A DNA stretch of 64,000 nucleotides from Felis catus (lineage: Eukaryota): NCBI RefSeq assembly GCF_018350175.1, contig NC_058383.1, forward strand, positions 24,678,001 through 24,742,000, in the 5' to 3' direction. Of this stretch, positions 60,974-64,000 are shown piece by piece (the first letter of the stretch is position 1; every line of letters starts with the position of its first letter). Made by a program: the position numbers and the translations under genes. The notes below the pieces were generated by a model that was not told the origin of the DNA, did no database searches, and saw only the letters and a program-made list of their open reading frames with translations.

Positions 60974-61945
60974 CTACAATAAAAGTCATGTGTTAACACT
61001 CAGCCAGAGTACCCTATGCTCACCTGTGGAGAGGCTGCAACTTTTCAGGGTTTGAACTGTGGGGTCCCAGGAAAGGCTCTACGGAAATCCTCTATATGAA
61101 GCTAAAGCCCATACTTAAGGGTTCTTTGTCCATCCCTGCATCCCTAGTCCACAGGTCAGTTTAGTAGGAGTATTCTGTGTGGGTCTTCCAGGGCCCTGAC
61201 TTTGGGGAACCACCTCACTAATGAGAGGCCCAGACTAAGGAGTCTGGCTCCTGTCATGAAGTATCTTTGTGACCTGGGAAAGTCATTCACCAGCTCTGGC
61301 CTCTATTTCTTAAGCGTGGGAGATTAGACTAGGATAGAGTTCCCCAAACTTCAGCCATTCACCTTCTATCTTCACCCTTCTGCTTGTGTATCCCTCTAAT
61401 ATTTTTCTTTAACAGTGAGTTTGTTCCCTCACCTCATTGAAATAATTTATCTAGAAGTCACAGGTTCAGTGTGATTGCCGTGTATACTTTAGTGTTAGAA
61501 AAACAAGATCTTAATATATAAGTGGGGGGATAAAAAGTCCATCTATGACCACTAAAAATCATCTTGTATATGTAACTACACTTTGAGAAAAGCCTTGAAT
61601 TACTAAAGACATGCCCAGCTCTTTAACCTCCTCCTATGTTAGCAGGCCCTCAAAGTACCTTGAGAGCCATCTGGAGGATTAAAAGCCTGATTTTAGCAGG
61701 TATGGAGGAGGCAAAAGTGTAAGACATTTTGAAGAAAAATGTGTTTAGGTCTGGAAGAAGCTGGAGAATGAAATGAAACTAGTGCCAGGGAAGGAAAAAA
61801 AAAAAAGCTCAAAGGCTTTAAGTGTCACTTGAGCTGGACTCCTAACTTCCGTAAACATCAGAAGGCCAATCAATGCCTAGAGACAGTGAACCAAGACCGC
61901 TACCTTTCCCCTCTGACCCCAGGATTCACTCACTCACTCACTCAC

Positions 61946-62130
61946 CTGTAAGGCCTGCTGCTCTGAAGGGGGAGGTATGACACGAACCCCTGGGGTCCTT
62001 GATTCAGGAGGTATGCCCCTGAGCCAAGCATGGAGATGCCTGGGGGTTAAGGCATGCCTGCCTTTCAGCTTCCAGTCCTTGCCTTTGAGAATGTTGAGAG
62101 CCCTCTGGGCACTGCCAAAAGTTTTGAATT
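61946..62130 (-). CDS. REXO5: REXO5 internal exon (185 nt)
   Basis: (K)FKTFGSAQRALNILKGKDWKLKGRHALTPRHLHAWLRG...EQQALQ. Acceptor TTGCTTTCAG, donor CAG|GTGAGT, phase 1/0. Confidence 0.93.
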
Positions 62131-62360
62131 CTGAAAGCAAGAATACCCCCTTCTGTCACTAAGGGACTTTAAAAAGCCTGGTCCCCATGGTACCCATCCA
62201 GGTTGGAGCTTGCCAGGGCCAGGAGAGGGCAGAATCAGCTGCTGACCTGGTCCAGTCCCCTAGGAGGGCTTATGTGGTGAACATTTACCTTTTCTGACCT
62301 CCCATTATCACCATCCCTAATCTCATTACCCCAAGATTACATTGCGTAGTTTAGACTTAC

Positions 62361-62577
62361 TCAGGAAACAGTATTTTTTTTGCTTTCCACTTTTAAGATC
62401 TTTAGGCAAGATCACAGCTTCCAGGCCAAGGGAAATGTTGGACTGCTGCAATAGGTGTTCTTTAAAGGTTTGGTTCACTCCAGACAGGTATATAGTACCT
62501 CGGTTCTCAGAATCTTGTTCTAGCTCCTTCACAAGAGTGCTAGAGTCAAGAGTGAGCTCCGTCACGGGCCTCTGCAC
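62361..62577 (-). CDS. REXO5: REXO5 internal exon (217 nt)
   Basis: VQRPVTELTLDSSTLVKELEQDSENRGTIYLSGV...LKSGKQKKYCFL. Acceptor TAG|GTG, donor A|GTAAGT, phase 0/1. YCFL(K)F is an RNP1-like RRM motif. Confidence 0.93.
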
Positions 62578-62834
62578 CTAACCAAGGAAGATGGTATTAG
62601 TGGTAGCAAGTCACTACTTCAACTTCGAGGCCTATTATATACTAGCAGGTAACTTAATTCTGCAGTTTCCTTATCTATATAAAGAGGTTAATGATAAATG
62701 CTGCAGAGGACTATGGTAGAGACTTCTGTATTAGATAAATAATACATAAATGAAAATATTTTTGTGTAAACATACTCTCCTTCCTTTCCTCCTCCCCCGA
62801 ACACCCTGCAATGGAAATGAATTCCCTGATTTCT

Positions 62835-63052
62835 TTTTTTTTTTTTTTTCAATGTTTATTTATTTTTGGGACAGAGAGAGAGATAGCATGAACGGGGGAG
62901 GGGCAGAGAGAGAGGGAGACACAGAATCGGAAACAGGCTCCAGGCTCTGAGCCATCAGCCCAGAGCCCGACGCGGGGCTTGAACTCACGGACCGCGAGAT
63001 CGTGACCTGGCTGAAGTCGGACGCTTAACCGACTGCGCCACCCAGGCGCCCC
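62835..63052 (-). mobile_element. Very young felid Can-SINE (SINEC_Fc-like) in a REXO5 intron
   Basis: Perfect 18-bp TSD ATGAATTCCCTGATTTCT (62817-62834, 63053-63070); CpGs retained; clean tail. Confidence 0.95.
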
Positions 63053-63444
63053 ATGAATTCCCTGATTTCTACCCCAATGAAATTATTTGCATAAGAAACT
63101 TAAAGACACCATTTGATCTCTTTAAAAGTTAAAGGAAAGGGCAGCTATGGAAAAACATCCAGAATAAGCCTTTTGAGGTCTAAGTAGTGATAAAGAGTAC
63201 AAGAAGACCCCAATGTAGCCCAGGCTGATTATGACAAGAACAAAAGCTGTCATGTTTTACGGTCACTGCTAGAAGAATGCTGGGCTTGGCTGAAGGCTTT
63301 CCATAACACAAAGTCTTGTGTTTGTTGGGCCTCTTGAGGGCATTTCTCAAGGTGGTGGTATACACTAGGGTACTGTAAATACAGGTCATGCTAGGTCAGG
63401 GCTGATTGAAGGGTGCTGCTTTTTGCTTTCTCTGACTACCCTAC

Positions 63445-63537
63445 CTTGATGCAGGTACTTTCTACCAGAATGCCATCCAAGGATTCTATGGCCAGCTGGG
63501 CAGCTTCCAGAACTTCATACTGAATACACAGATGTGG
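63445..63537 (-). CDS. REXO5: RNA exonuclease 5 (NEF-sp), internal exon, end of RRM1 (93 nt)
   Basis: PHLCIQYEVLEAAQLAIESLDGILVESTCIK. Acceptor TTTTTTCTGCAG, donor AAG|GTAGGG, phase 0/0. Confidence 0.92.
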
Positions 63538-64000
63538 CTGCAGAAAAAACAAGATTTTATCTTTGCTTTCTAGGCTCAAACTATTAAAGAAGGGATTGGG
63601 AAAGGGCCCTAAACTACTGGCCAGAGCCATCAGAATAAATGTTCTCTGCTATGCTGGGCTAGACAGTGATCGCAGATCACCTTTAGGTAAAATCACCAAG
63701 GTTCGTTAAGTGATTTCTCAGACAATAAGTAACCTTTATTAGTCATTTAAAATTGAAGCCTTCTCTTCCTGGGTGGTGTCAGCAAAGCACTAATAAATCT
63801 TTAGTACCCAACTTGCTTTTATTATGTATTATGAACCACTAAAGTCTTCATTGCAAGTCACAGAGACTAATTTTGTCTTGTTAGCTTAATTTCACACAGG
63901 CACCTTTCTTATAAGCTTGGGGAGGTTAAGTGCTTCTACTGGATAGGCTGCATCTTCAAATTGACTGCTTTTCTGCTTAATGATTGAGGTATAGCATCAT

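Overview
Mammalian genomic DNA, almost certainly a felid, judged from the abundant tRNA-derived Can-SINEs of the cat type with (CT)n/A tails. The window holds the complete DCUN1D3 (DCNL3/SCCRO3) gene on +. It has a CpG-island first exon at ~14.1-14.25 kb, a ~31 kb first intron, coding exons 45267-45697 and 47450-47933 (915 nt, 304 aa) and a ~4.8 kb 3'UTR. The last five coding exons of REXO5 lie convergently on - (63537 down to stop 58057). The CpG island looks bidirectional. From recalled mammalian synteny (REXO5-DCUN1D3-LYRM1) it should also drive LYRM1 leftward, but no LYRM1 coding exon is visible here. The rest is intron or intergenic DNA with Can-SINEs, MIR, L2, L1, LTR and DNA-transposon relics. 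I see no new multi-gene system. The most interesting unexplained structure is the DCUN1D3 5' leader: a 17-aa poly-Arg uORF, a strong-Kozak 53-aa uORF that exists only after splicing across the 31 kb intron, an alternative donor that would shrink it to 3 aa, and an out-of-frame copy of the start sequence. Repeat family names and boundaries are by eye and approximate.
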